A stretch of DNA of 59,648 bases, filler included, from Sphacelaria rigidula (taxonomy: Eukaryota), in assembly GCA_964200075.2 (NCBI GenBank). It is 9 parts of 9 records of this genome, joined end to end, with 100 filler letters (N's around TTAATTAATTAA, not from the genome) between each part and the next. Parts side by side here need not be neighbours in the genome. Positions count along the whole stretch, not along the records: positions 19,918 to 26,456 come from CAXNAA020019473.1; positions 26,557 to 33,095 come from CAXNAA020019474.1; positions 33,196 to 39,734 come from CAXNAA020019475.1; 6 more parts are not named here. One strand, written 5' to 3'. Position numbers and translations under genes: made by a program. Below are positions 24,554-37,400 of this stretch, in pieces (the first letter of the stretch is position 1; each line of letters starts with the position of its first letter). The notes under the pieces were generated by a model, which worked only from the letters and a program-made list of their open reading frames with translations, did not search any database and was not told the origin of the DNA.

Positions 24554-25842
24554 GTGGCTGATGGGGGGGGGGGTGCTGGGCCCGAAAAGCGGGGTCACAA
24601 CAGCCAGGGAACCCTCGCGAACAGTCTAACCCGGAAGTTCATCGCCTGCTTCGACGTGCCTCTTAGCCAAAGAAGGCTGACTACGTTCACGCGCCCGCTG
24701 AACGAAAGAGGTTTAGATGTGATGGTGAAGTCCATCACGGAGAAGGGATGGCTCCCGCACGCCGAGCCTGCGCTAGTCGTGGACAGGGAAGAGCTGCCGA
24801 ACGGTGAGTTCACCGAGGACCGCATTCCGACAGCCGTGTACAAGGTACTTGACGGAAACCATCGACTCGCAGCGGCCAAGAAGATCATGAGCGGAGAGAC
24901 GAGACTACGCTGCCGTGTGCACTACGCCTTCGATGCTGCTGCCATGAGGGTCTTGAGCGATTGTATGTTTGCCGCGTGCCTATGTTCCCGCTTGTGTACC
25001 CGCTTGTTGTGAATCGACTAACGGTTTGTGGCGTGCGTGCAGCATTTAACAGTCGGCGGTATTCACCATCGATCTCATCATGTGACACAGATACCCCACA
25101 TGCGCTGGCCGCCCCGCAGCAAGTACCAATTTTGGTACCAATGTCTCAAGTTTCATGTGCTGCAGTGGCGCGGTGTGCTGTCTACTTATGTGCAATCTTT
25201 TGAATTTAACCACATGCCCCGCATTCTGAAGGACGAGGAGAACAACTCTGCGGCTGTAATCGCCGTGGTTGGCGACCCACGTTTCTCAGTTTAATCCCGT
25301 TTCTCTCTCGCCCTCGTTGTTACATACACGGAACGGCCTTCCCAAAAAGAAGTAGGAGAGCAGTATTTCCTGGCGAGATTCGTTGGTTTCACGTTCAAAA
25401 TTTGGTACAGCACATGTGGTCATGAATAGGGTTCGTGTACGTACATGTTTGCTAATCTCCCGCACGATATTGAGGAACCCTGCATCTGAGCACGCAGGGA
25501 TACGTATCGCATGCCCGCACAGCATAGGTCTGCGCAGGTATCAATCATGTCACTACTTCCTTTTCGGACATGAATCTGGCTTTAGACCGGCTTCCACCGC
25601 CATACCAATAATCTACGTTTGCTGGGCGCGTCCCTTTGTCCCCGCGCCCCCTGCTTGCACATCTTGTTTATGCTGTAATGATCGTGCGGTGTTCGGCAGC
25701 ACTCAATGATGCCACCGAGACCATAACCGCGCGGTCAACGTACGACAGTTTGTATCTTCACGCCGAGAACATGAAGGGCATTAAGGACAGGACGAAAAAG
25801 TCAGAGATCATCGCGCAGGAGATGGCCGAAGCATACAGGACG
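24554..25842 (+). CDS. ParB/Sulfiredoxin-fold domain protein; spliced, partial. Exons ~24561-24962 and 25700-25842; possible third exon 26331->26456
   Basis: RPLNERGLDVMVKSITEKGW..PALVV..YKVLDGNHRLAAAKKI..LRCRVH..VLSD|SLND matches the ParB/Srx signature (SI..xG, P, DGxHRxxA, downstream conserved Asn). Donor GTATGT at 24963, acceptor CAG at 25697-25699, phase 1. The nearest upstream ATG (24561) is out of frame across an 11-G run. Confidence 0.78.
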
Positions 25843-26456
25843 GTGCGTATGTACGTCAGTAATACTTCAATGCGTATATCCCCTGCTGCCTTGAATCTAG
25901 CGGTTTTTTCCCTTTACTTCTCGTTTTTCATGTGTTTTACCCTTTCCGCAGTTCTCGTTTCCTTTTCTCGTCTTCGCACGGCCACTTCCTTCTGTGCTTT
26001 TGTGCGTGTGCCCACTTTTCTTTCGTTGTTCACGTTTCGGTGTGGTAAATCGTCCCTTTACTTTTTACGTTCCTTCCTCGCGTAAGATGCGTCTATCATG
26101 TCACGACGGGTGGATATGGGAGGGAACACGTCACGCGCGACAACCAATGAATCAATCACCTAGTTCCCGACGATCCGCAAGCCCCCGACCGCATGCACCA
26201 CTGATGTTTGTAATATTGTGAGAGTAGAGGAAACAACGGAGGCCCTGCCTTAGGGCGTGTCTTAGCACTTCTTTTTCGGTCGAAAAAAATGTATTATCTG
26301 ATAGGTCCACCGCATTTATGTTCCTCGAAGGCTTCAACTCAAAATCATGATCAGCGCCGCGCGGAAAAGTACTCAACGATTGAAAAAAAAAAAATCGATC
26401 GAAAACGTGCAATCGAAAGGCACGAAGCGGCACTTACCTCTTATCTTACAGACCAC

Positions 26457-26556
26457 NNNNNNNNNNNNNNNNNNNNNNNNNNNNNNNNNNNNNNNNNNNN
26501 TTAATTAATTAANNNNNNNNNNNNNNNNNNNNNNNNNNNNNNNNNNNNNNNNNNNN
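26457..26556. other. Artificial contig spacer
   Basis: N44-TTAATTAATTAA-N44. Confidence 0.99.
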
Positions 26557-26867
26557 TCCCTGCAATGGAGAAATGGGACTTCAACCTCATTTTATGTTTC
26601 AACCCCAAAAATTAGGATCGGCTGTTAAATCTTGTTCCTTTTGCCCATCAATCCATCCTGTAATTGAGCAAAGGCAAGACTTAATTACGAGCCGCCTCTG
26701 CTGTTCAAGTCCCACATACGAGTGTATGTTCACACGGCCGCACTATACAGCTTTAACCGGTGGATATACGGTGTCTCCAGGGGAAATACCTCGCCATTGC
26801 CGTGATACAGGTTCTCAAAACCCCGTAGTCCATGGTCGACGAACCGAACGAAAACCGCAAAACATTT

Positions 26868-27127
26868 CACGGTTAGGACAAATCATCACGACTCAAAATC
26901 ACCAACTTCGCGATTTCTTCGGCCTGATTGCCCAAAAGGGAGACAGAAGTTGATCGCTGGTCCAAGGGGCATCAACGAAACGTTTGCGCGATTCCACTGT
27001 CTGGGCTGCGTGTACCTGGGTTGCAACGCTAAAATAAAGCCTATTCTATGGATTGATTCGTCACGAGTCGACTCATGATACTAAAACCAAGTAATTTTGA
27101 GACGAATCATTATTTGTCCGACCCTTG
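26868..27127. mobile_element. MITE family A copy (260 bp)
   Basis: TIR CACGGTTAGGACAAAT / ATTTGTCCGACCCTTG; flanks AAACATTT and GAACATTT (7/8 TSD match). Confidence 0.85.
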
Positions 27128-27807
27128 GAACATTTTTTTCAGGCATGTACTTCGACGTGACGATCACAACAAAAATAGGCACGCGGTTTGGTGCTGTACA
27201 TACTGGACTGTACAATATACCGTACAGGACAGTACTATATAGCGTGCTTATCCACGTACGGTGCAATATGCTGTAGAGTTAGCGTGGCATATGGGCTACG
27301 TATGGCTATACAGAGTGGATGCCTGTAACTTTGCGTACATGGGTGTGTTATGTGCCATCAGCTACTGCAGTTTAGACCACGATGCGTGTTCTTGCAGCAT
27401 GCGCACAACTGCCATCAGTAGGAAGTGGACAAGGTACAGTACAGACAGCGCAGGACCATATATGTTTCCTGTTCACAGTGAGACGTGCAAATGACTTGAA
27501 CAGCGTGCGCAGCTTTGTCTATGGCTGCACTGTCCATGATGACTCGAGTGTGTAGGCAGTAAGCCGGTCATTCCCCGCACTCTATGTACCCCGCGTGCTT
27601 CCGCCACCGCGCTTGTGCCCAACCCATGCTCTTTCCTGCGGGGTTGTGGTGGTGGCTGGAAATAAGTGCTGTGCGGGGTTTGCATGGTTCGATCTGTGAA
27701 CGCAGCGGATGAAAAAGTGCCAGAAGACTGCTGGGGTATGCATTTCACAGCAGCAGCGATATGGTCATGTACATAATCGGACTGATTCGGGAAACTCGAG
27801 GAGTACT

Positions 27808-27966
27808 CACTGGAGCATCAGATGCCCTCTAGAGGATTCGTTGATGTCCATTCCAGAGGGAGGAAGCACCCCTACAGGGTATTCAGACCTCAGAAGTCAC
27901 TGGAGCATCAGATGCCCTCCAGATAATTGGTTCATGTTCATTCCAGAGGGATGAAACACCTCTGGA
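27808..27966. repeat. 90-bp-period tandem duplication
   Basis: CACTGGAGCATCAGATGCCCTC..CATTCCAGAGGGA occurs at 27808 and 27898. Confidence 0.85.
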
Positions 27967-28322
27967 GGAAATTTTACCCTCCAGAGGATGAAAATCACGA
28001 TAGAGGATTTCCAAACAGGAGCCGAATGGCCGCGTGCGTCGCTGACCAGAGCTCCAACTCGTAGGGCTTGTTATTACTGTTTAAGATGCGGTTCTTCACA
28101 CTTCGTTCAAAATCGGGCGCGATTTCAGTTCTGAACAGCTCCCGTAAGACCTGCTCTCGTCTATTTCTACAGCGAAACAGCAAAAACGACACGGTACAGT
28201 TTGGGATAACAAACGCTGACGACGCTCATAATCACACATCCTCTACAGTATCCAACGCAAGGCTATCAGTGGATTGAAATCCTGTGACTCAAAAATGACT
28301 GACCAACATAGTGGCTACGTAT

Positions 28323-28840
28323 TATCACAAAGCCCTCGGGTGGATCCAAGTGCCCAAAACCCCGAAAGATGTCCGACTTTTTCGCAGGTACTTTAGAGGG
28401 TTCTTGAGCAGGCGCCACAGAAGATTGCAAATCCTCTCAATTATCCCATCATTGTCATAAAAAGGATCAACACCCTGTGTAAGTACTTCCACAAAACCAA
28501 AACGATCAAACCCATCTGTACAAAAATTCCTCGGGAGAGTTCAGGCGCTCAACGCCCGAGAGGATTTCGGACGTTGAAAACCCTTTGGAGGACTTCAAGA
28601 AGGCTCCCCAGAGAAATGCGTTATCTCAAAAACTCTACTGATTTCAAAAACGACCAAAATGTATGTGCACGTATTTTCACAAATTCCTCCTGATGGTGTC
28701 CAGTGCCCAACCTTCCAGAGGATCCCAGACGTCGCAAATGCTCAAAAAGGGTTCACGACAGATCCCCCCAGAGCATTGCAAATTATTTCAATCCTTTAGT
28801 GGCTTCAAAAATGACGGCCTATGTAAGCATATTCTCACAC
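28323..28840. repeat. Degenerate minisatellite, ~3 units of ~155-200 bp
   Basis: Similar blocks (ACAAA..CCTC..TCCAGTGCCCAA..CCAGAGGAT..GAC..CAGAG..TGC..TCAA..AAAA.GA) start near 28323, 28520 and 28676. Confidence 0.55.
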
Positions 28841-29209
28841 TTGATCTGAACAGAACAAATATCCGTCCTCCTAGTATATTTTCGGGAGACGATTGGCTCC
28901 CTGCGTGTTCATCCCTCGTGACTCACTCGACGTGTTGCCCTCTAGAACTCCGTCCCTGGACTAATTTCCTCTTGAAAAACATTGGACTATACAATGATTA
29001 AACTGACAAGGTTGATCTGACCTCATGGTCGGGTCCTACTGCACACGAATACCCTTAAAGTAAATTTCTGAGCAGAGCTGTATCAGGAATCTGACTGAGT
29101 CACACCCAGAGACCTCGTGTAGAGATTACCGCCTGCAAGAAGGTGTGCACCCTCCCGACATTCGGGGCTTTGACTACTGTAGCAAGCCTCTGTAGGCCAC
29201 CAATGACCA

Positions 29210-31257
29210 CTAAGCGGTGCCCACGTTCACAGGGGACAGGCCAGCCAGTTCGCCCGCAATCTCGCCCACGTCGTCGTCATTCCCTTGGCCGAGCTGTCCC
29301 TCGTTTCCGAGGCCCCTGCGTGCGGGGTGGCAAGCACGTGTGTGTTTGCCCACGCGTTTCGTTGCATGGAAAAACGAGATATGGCGACACAGACGCGTGG
29401 TTATAGAGAGCAATGGGATTCTCGGGGTCTTTGCGGCAGAAAAGATGCCGATCTCTTTGACGCAAGCGATGCACTTGTCTGTGGTCGCGGGCACAAGAAG
29501 TTGTGCCCAGAGTTTCTGCCTGCACTGACCGTGCTCCCCTTGGAGAAGTTTGATGCATGCATCGCATTAATATCTGCAATCAGTGTGGCTGTCCGGTGTC
29601 AGTGTTGTATACAATATATCCAGGAGATTCGGCGAAAATAGACTTCGCGACATAGCTCGGGGTTGATGACGGCTACGCCTTTGCCCATTGGCCGCTGTTC
29701 ACGCGTTTGTGTTGTGATGGTTTGGTGGTGCAGGCGATGGCAGTTTGGTGACTTTGATGTAGCACCAGAGAAAAACTGGCGTTTTTTTCCAAGTAACCGC
29801 CATATCCGTCCCATGTGCTTGTGAAATAACGATTTGTTGCACGGTGTGCTCTTCATGATCTATCTTACGCGACCGGAATCTGTGCAAGTGCTGCACTCGT
29901 TGACTGTGATGTAATCATGTCATGTGTAAAAGGCATGCCTAGAATGATCGCGTCATGCTCCTGCGCTCCACTGCCAAACTTCGGCATGTCTCTAAGGAAC
30001 ATCGAAAATTCTGACCCGCGGTGACCCAAAGTGCTGACTTTGTCGATAATATTGTTCCACATATGTTCGGTGCAGTGCGTTCGAAACAAAGGATTTAGCA
30101 TGAGTGAACCTCCGCAAATTAAGGACGCCGCTGTTTTTTGGGTGGGGCTCTTGTAGATTCGGGAGGTGTTGTTATACTTGATGTGGGTATGTAGATGAGG
30201 ACAGGGTATCAGTGCGTGCTGATTACAGTAAACGGTATTTTATGACAGAAAGATGACCGTTTCGGCGCGAAGCGAAACTACACGGCTGCTTGGACTTAGT
30301 GATGTACTTTCACTTGTTTTGCCACGGAGAAGATGTCGCAGGTAACGAGGGAGGGGCTACCGTAGAACCAAGTCCATTGGGGTAGAGGAATGTGAAGCAA
30401 ATCTCCATTCTCACCAGCACTTGAGGTTTCCGTTCCCCAGCTTGGCGCACACGGACGACCCTCCGGCGGCAATTTCGATGACGTTGCCCCCGAGATCAAC
30501 GGCCGCGAGATTAGCGCCCATGTCGGTGTCGAGCGTACCCACCTCTTCATCATCGCTACCGATACCCAGTTGTCCGTACGAGTTATCCCCGAAGCACTGG
30601 AATGAATAAATGGAACGGATTGGGCGGATTGAGGTGGGGGGACGGGAGGTGGTGGTGAGGGGACGTGTATTCCCCATCAATCAAACATTGCCCACGATAA
30701 TCGCGTCATGCTCAACGAATCGAGAATGAAGTAATTTCACCTCCTTGAGAAAGCATTTGGCGTTCTATTTCACTCTGGGTGGGGAAAAACGGAGGCAACC
30801 AAGAAAATCGCGAAGTTCTCATCTGCTGAAACCTCGAGCGCATCAGTGAAGTCATAAACTAATATAGGCCTCGTTTGGTGGGAGAACTCGATCTCTTTTC
30901 GAGGAAACATATGATTCTCGTCACATTTCAGAACGTGTAGATGAGCGAGCTAGTTTCGGCCACATTTGTATCGGAGACGGCCGTGCCTGTTGAACATCTC
31001 CTCACAACATACCGTGCCGGCTTGCAGTCACGGAACAGTTTGCAGTGCTCCGCCATCATTAATGTTTGAATGTTTACCTTGATGGACATGTCTGCGAAAA
31101 GAACGCAAGTGAAGGACGATCCGCAGGCGATGGCTGTAGGCACGTCGGAGCTACCAAGCGCGATCGCGGCGAGGTTGGCGCCCAGGAAACCGGCGGTGTC
31201 GCCCCTGTTTGCTTCGTCACCCTGGCCAAGCTGCCCCTTGTCGTTGAGTCCCCAGCA
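29210..31257 (-). CDS. RCC1/BLIP-II-like repeat (beta-propeller) protein, C-terminal part. Exons: 31257-31078, 30596-30415, 29315-29210 (stop)
   Basis: Repeats CWGLNDKGQLGQG..GANLAAIALG..IACGSSFTCV..IK|CFGDNSYGQLGIG..MGANLAAVDLG..IAAGGSSVCA..GNLKCW|GLGNEGQLGQG; canonical, phase-consistent junctions. Confidence 0.9.
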
Positions 31258-32434
31258 CTGAAAAGACACGACCAGCGCAAGAGCCACGTTTAACCCAGAC
31301 AGCGGAGGAAGTCGAGGGTGGGGAAAGACTTTGATATTTTGAAAGTTTTGTCTTCGCGAAATGTCCTGGTGGTCCTCTGCACCCCGGATGCCAGAGGTCG
31401 ATCCTACATCTGCCCTTGAAAATAAAGTCTAATAAATGGCTTGGTATAATCCTCTTGGGCCCCATCCCGTGCACTACTACATAAAGTAACGTTGATATTT
31501 GACTATTTGTTCCCGGTGTGCTAAACCAATCACATCAGCAGGGTGGAGTGATCAGACGTCAAGCTTCAATAACGGGTACTTTTTTCAACGTTTGTACGGG
31601 AAAAGCTTCCCGAGGGGTGACCCTGCGCAATTCAATAGCCAATTATACAGAAATACAGACAGGCCGCGTGTATGGTAGGTATTAGGCGACCCGCTTCTTT
31701 CCAGGCGAAAATTACTTGGGGATGATGATTTGATCTGCAAGTAAAGCGAAGTCTCATAAAGCAACCATCCCAGCAGACCCCCATCCCAACACACAAAACA
31801 AAGCATATCCGCCCAAGTCGGAATCGCAACCGCGCCACGACTGCAATACGCAGCGCAAATGCAGAGCCCGTCACAAAGTGTCATCAACAACTGGCGCAAC
31901 CAAACTGGTGCAAACATGTATTCGGCTGGTACATGTTTCCGCATAAATACTTGGCCGAGGGGACTGGACTGGACTGGGCTCCTGTTTTGGCTGATGACTA
32001 CCTCGTCAAGAGACAATCCTGCTGCCATGACGCATCGAGCTGCAAGCCACGTCGTTTGGTGCACATTCTTGGATTGTTCAAGGGTTTGTCGGGCGAAGAT
32101 CTTCGGATACGGAGCCCCCCCCCCCCCCCCCCCCCCCTCCAAAAGGGTGCGGAGGGAAAGGTCAAATGACTAAGGCAAGCAACAAATGAGTACGCCCCCC
32201 CCCCCTTCTCGGGGGGCATGTTTTCGAAAATTATCATGATGCTTCCATCTTGTTTCGTGAATATTGATGAAGAAATCGATCAAGAAACACTGACAAAAAC
32301 CGAAAAGTCTGGTGGGCTTTGCGAGCTTCGTGTAGATTCTTCTGCTCCTTGCCCGCTTTGTCTCGATGAACTCGGATGCTGGCCACGTCCACACACATGT
32401 ATATTCACGAGGACACGGTAGCGACGGCCTGCGG

Positions 32435-32554
32435 TCTCCACCGCTGAGCATGGTGTGAGAAAAAACCCAGATCATGTGACGTCACCGAAATTCGGACCCA
32501 CAAGCCAACCGTCATAGGTTTCGAGGGTACGGACTAAGCCACCGGGGCGACCGA
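32435..32554 (-). mobile_element. tRNA-derived SINE, head fragment
   Basis: GCATGGTGTGAGAAAAA..ACCGAAATTCGGACCCACA..CAACCGTCA..TTTCGAGG..AGCCACCGGGGCGACCG matches 58735-58843. Confidence 0.8.
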
Positions 32555-32926
32555 CTCATAATATTGATGGTATATGGTGAACATGGATATCCGTAGTGGA
32601 CATAGATGTGTCCATCATGAACATCCATTTGGATATGAATATTCACCGTGGGAATCAATATATCACAGATATTCCACATGGATATGAATCCATCATGGAT
32701 ATTAAATCAATCGCGAACATCCAAGCTGGATGCCCATATTCATGATGGATTATCATGACGGATGTCAAATCCGTCATGGATATTCCATATGGCATGATGG
32801 ATATCGTATTCTATATTGCTAGCCTCCTTGTCGGTGACAACGTTTGGCACAGATGTGCATATATATGTGGGACTGTCCTCTACTATGCGGTTTGCAGCGC
32901 GCGGGTGGTTGATTTATATCGTTTAA

Positions 32927-33025
32927 CCCTTAGACCGCGAGATTAGTCTTCTGTTGAATCGGCATCAATTACAAGTGGGGAAAAGTATGCATGATCCAGA
33001 AAAGACCAATCTCGCGGTCTAAGGG
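32927..33025. mobile_element. 99-bp piggyBac-type MITE
   Basis: TTAA on both flanks (32923-32926 and 33026-33029); 24-bp TIR CCCTTAGACCGCGAGATT(A/G)GTCTT with one mismatch; CCC..GGG termini. Confidence 0.92.
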
Positions 33026-33095
33026 TTAACAGGGTTGCCAGAAAAATGAGAAGGTATTTTGAAATGAGAATCCACCGCTCCCCGGGATTGTGTCC

Positions 33096-33195
33096 NNNNN
33101 NNNNNNNNNNNNNNNNNNNNNNNNNNNNNNNNNNNNNNNTTAATTAATTAANNNNNNNNNNNNNNNNNNNNNNNNNNNNNNNNNNNNNNNNNNNN
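33096..33195. other. Artificial contig spacer
   Basis: N44-TTAATTAATTAA-N44. Confidence 0.99.
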
Positions 33196-34411
33196 AATGA
33201 GTTGCTTTATTCTGTGGTATCGCCACATCCAGAGACAGCGACGGCTTATACACTGCCTCATGGGTGTGAGATTGAGAGTAGAGGATACGATTGAGAGTGA
33301 AAATCAGTCAATTAGTGGCTGAATGGTTTCAGTTCCGAAATGCACCTCCGTGAGGCTCGATATGCTTTGTTTAGTAGCTCGGCACTGAGACCCTTGATAT
33401 CCCTGAGTAGGATATCGGCCGTGTAGCTGTAAGCACACGCTAGTAATAAAGGCAAAGAAAGGCACACCCGGAATGAAAAATTGGCTAAGTGAAAGCGAAT
33501 GATCAAAGCCACTCTCAGTCAGCATTGTACTCTCAATATCAAGAAAACGTTGTTAGTAGTAGGGAAAACATCGCTCCCGCTACTGGGGTAGAAATGCTTC
33601 ACAGTGGAAGAAAAAACAATTTTTCTCGTAGGGGAACGAGACTCTACGGGAGTAGGGGGGAGACTCAAAATGTAAACCGGAACACAAGCCCAAAATTACA
33701 CGTGTACAAGGATTCAGTCCGGACAGATTGTAGTATCGCGAGCTCTATTCTATCACTCTTCACTGCTCCAACTCTACAACATGGACTCAAACAATCCATC
33801 CTTCTCTGTGAATCCTTGTTGGCCACAAGCGCCCACTCAACAACACGTGTTTCTGCACAGTTGAGCCGCAGCTAGCTCGGCAGCTTAGTATCTGCCAGCG
33901 TCAGAATAATGCAGTCACTTGCGGCTGTCCAACAAGATACCCATAAAAATGCACACCTCTGACATCTACAAAAATATATCGGAAATATCAACCCACAAAA
34001 GGTCTCTTATGGTAAGAAAGAGACGGTTTACTCACTTCGATTATTTCAACGCTGCGAGTGACGAGTGATCTATTTGCCTTGCTCATGCCCCATGGCATGC
34101 CCTGAAGTGTAGCCAGCACGGCCTCTGAGCCACTCTTGACATTGAAACTTTTCATAGGTGTATCAGACGATCCTTACACTCACGGTGCGCCTAAATTGGG
34201 TGAAAACGGTGTCGAACAGTATGAATGAGTGTGTTTCATTAGTGCCAAAGTCGTCTGAACAAACGTTGCTGCTACGTTTCTGCTGTAACGACGATTTGAA
34301 GTAAAACGTTTGTCAAAAAAATTGCCCAAAACGCACCCCCCCCCATCGTAGGATGGCTGTGAAAACGGTTCATAACGAAGCAACATAGACATGAAAATAG
34401 AAAGCCATTTT

Positions 34412-37400
34412 TCAGCAACCCTCCTCCCCGCAGTGCAATGTCCCGATTTTACCGGGAGGTGGCTTAAACGACTGACAGGGCTGCATGTCATCACCAAAGA
34501 ACACCTCATTAGATATGCCTGTTTCGAGTGAAGGACAGTTGTACTTGGGGTACTGGAACAATTCCTCCATCTTTTGCGGCATAGGCCCCGGGTTGTCTTT
34601 CGCTCGAGCCCACAGCAATCCCATGTTCTCGGCGAAGGTATGGTGAACGCCCATACGGTGGAAACAAACCTTGGACTGTTGCTCGGAGGTCATATCTGCT
34701 TTCCACAAACCGCCGTGATGGTCCAACCGGGGGTCATGAACCCAATGAATATCCCTCTCGGTGTTTGCCATATTTCCGTCGGTAAACCACCACCCCGCTG
34801 TCAGTCCCGCGTGGCCCCCACACAAAAGATTAGGGATATCCAACACCCGATGGACAAGCTTACTCGATAGAAGTAAATATGCCTCGTCGATGCGTGTTTT
34901 TCCGGGGGTGCAGTAGGCGTGGCCAGCGTACAGGTATGGTGCGTTCTGCCGCAGAGTATGACTCATGAGTTCCAGCTCCGCCAAGAGACGCTGCAGGCAC
35001 AAGAAGTAGTCATCATCTAGTTTTATGAAATATTCGAAAACGTAGTGATTTGACATCCACTCCATCGCCCAAAGTAACCGTCGGGTGAAATTCATACCAC
35101 GATCCAAATCCATAATAATCACGTCTCCGTGCTCCTCTACCTCCGCGAGCAGTGCTTCTCGGATGTCCTCTGCCCCAACAACATCGTCTGCAGGAAAATC
35201 CGCGAAAAATCTTATCGCCACCCGGTCGTCTGCCCAGGCGAGCCACGATTCTCGTATCGCTCTTCGTCTCTCATGACGCGCCGAAGGAATTGCTATTACG
35301 AGCAACAAGGAGTCTCCAGAGTTACCCTCTCTTGTGACGGTGGCGACACTGGTGGCAGGGGGCGGGGGGGCATGGTTACCGTCCACCACGACAAGCCCAG
35401 CATCGTCACGATGCAACTCCTCGTTTGTGGGTATGATATCATCCAACTGCCGTGTCGCTGAGCTTCGAGCGGTCTGCGACAAGTTCCGGGGAGTATGGTG
35501 CTTGTCATCGACAGCGGATGCTCCTGGGGTGGAGCCTGCAGCCAAAATATCATGCAGCCACGCGTGGGTAAGGATCACATCCTCCTCTTCTACTATGGCG
35601 TATTCGTACATGGTCACGGCGAGAGCTTCAATTCGCTCGGCGAGAGTAACGTCGCGGGCGGATCGCGTCTCGGCATCGCGTGAACGGTATTCCGCCAGAA
35701 ACTCCACCAGAGTCCCGGTCTGTTCATGCATGTACTCCTCTGCGGCCATGTCTTCCGCCGTGTCTCGTTGGGGACCCAACTGCAGGTCGACGCCGGGAAA
35801 ACATACGGACAGAAATACTGCAGTGTCACGGATGTCTTTATATTTCGGAGTCATGCTATGATAGGGCGGGGGGGAGGGGGATTTGGGACGTTTCCCCCAC
35901 GAACAATCACTTCAATCGCCGGTGAACGCAGCCAACAGGTGTTCGAACGCGCTTTCTCACGATAAATAATGATCATTCATCCTGCTTTACACAGCGTTTA
36001 CCCCAAATCAAGTACACCGCGAGTGTTTCAGACGGTTTTACGCATCTATAAGCACCTTTTCTCGTGGAATCGAACACCCCCCCTTCCCTATCGTAGCATG
36101 CCTCTTTGGGTACATCAAATGTCCTTCCTTGTTCACTTGGGGGAGTGTACAATTGAAAATCCAATGCAGCAAAATATTGCCAAGACGCCACACGAGTGAA
36201 TTCTACCATCATGTGCGTTGCTGCAGGTCGACTGCTACTCACGCACACACTACTCGAAGTTATTGCCGTTAACTGACATCTTAAGTATATTTCGAAGCAC
36301 AAAGCATCACCGTCATGACTGCAACCACCTCCAGCGTCGCTAACGACGTCGGTAAACTGCGCGCGATATCCATCGCAACCCGTAGAACGTCCCTCATCCG
36401 ATACAGGCATTGAAGGAGTGCTCATCCAGCTACACACGTAAGGAGTACCAAACTACGGATATATGACATTAATATATGATCGTATAGCACTCGAGCGGAC
36501 AGCTGATGGTCACCTTCTCAACCCAAGGATATGCATACGCAGCGACAGCTCCTGTCGATGGAAGCAACGTCTGAGTAAAGTAGCTTCGCCAGATGTCACT
36601 CACGCGCTCGTCAACAGTAACAGGCAATAGTAGCCCCCAAAATGCCACCGAGAAGTGCAGGGTTGCCTGTCCACACTCGCGATCGGGGATTACGTACAAA
36701 AGTTGAACCAAGAATAGGCGAAGATGGGCGACGTAGCCGGGCTGACATATGATTTAACGCGCGTGAGGTACGTTATTGCTTTCCGCCTGGGAAAAGACAG
36801 AACTGTTAAACGTTCTCGGTTGGTAAGTTCGTTTAGGGCAGCAGTGGAAACTTGACGGTCCAGCCTCGGAGAAGGAGCTCTCAGTGAACCTCGTCAGCGA
36901 AACATTCTCATGGGGGTATATCAGCTTAGTGTACATGTTGCGCCGTACTCGATACACTCTGGCGGTGAACCGTGATACATTCCTTCTGCGATGTGTAAAG
37001 GGCAGGAATGAATGACAATGGCAGCAGCCGCAAACTCATTCACTGCAGATAGTCGCTAACCCCAGCAGTACTGCCGTGATCCCCCATACCTCCAGCGTTA
37101 GACTATGATGCTTTTCCACGGAATCCCGGAGGACGTTCGATCTGAAAATGCCCGGAAACAAGCACCTAGAAATGATACCATGCATTTCCAGTACTCTTGC
37201 AAAAAATCATTACCCAATACACTTTTGAGCAAACTCGTGACACGCAGCGTACGCGACAAATATCCGGGCGGTAGATACAATTAATCATGAACTCCCAGTC
37301 GGGTTGTTTTGTCACCGCGCACAACTCACCTGAGCGTTGTAAGGTGTGAATGCCGACGAGGGTACGATCTTGAGTGGAGCGCTCGCGGCGGCGGAACCAT

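Noticed and set aside
24554..25012. Bacterial or plasmid contamination explaining the ParB domain
   Set aside because: The domain is split by a GT-AG intron, and the contig carries the same SINE and MITE families as the host-gene contigs.
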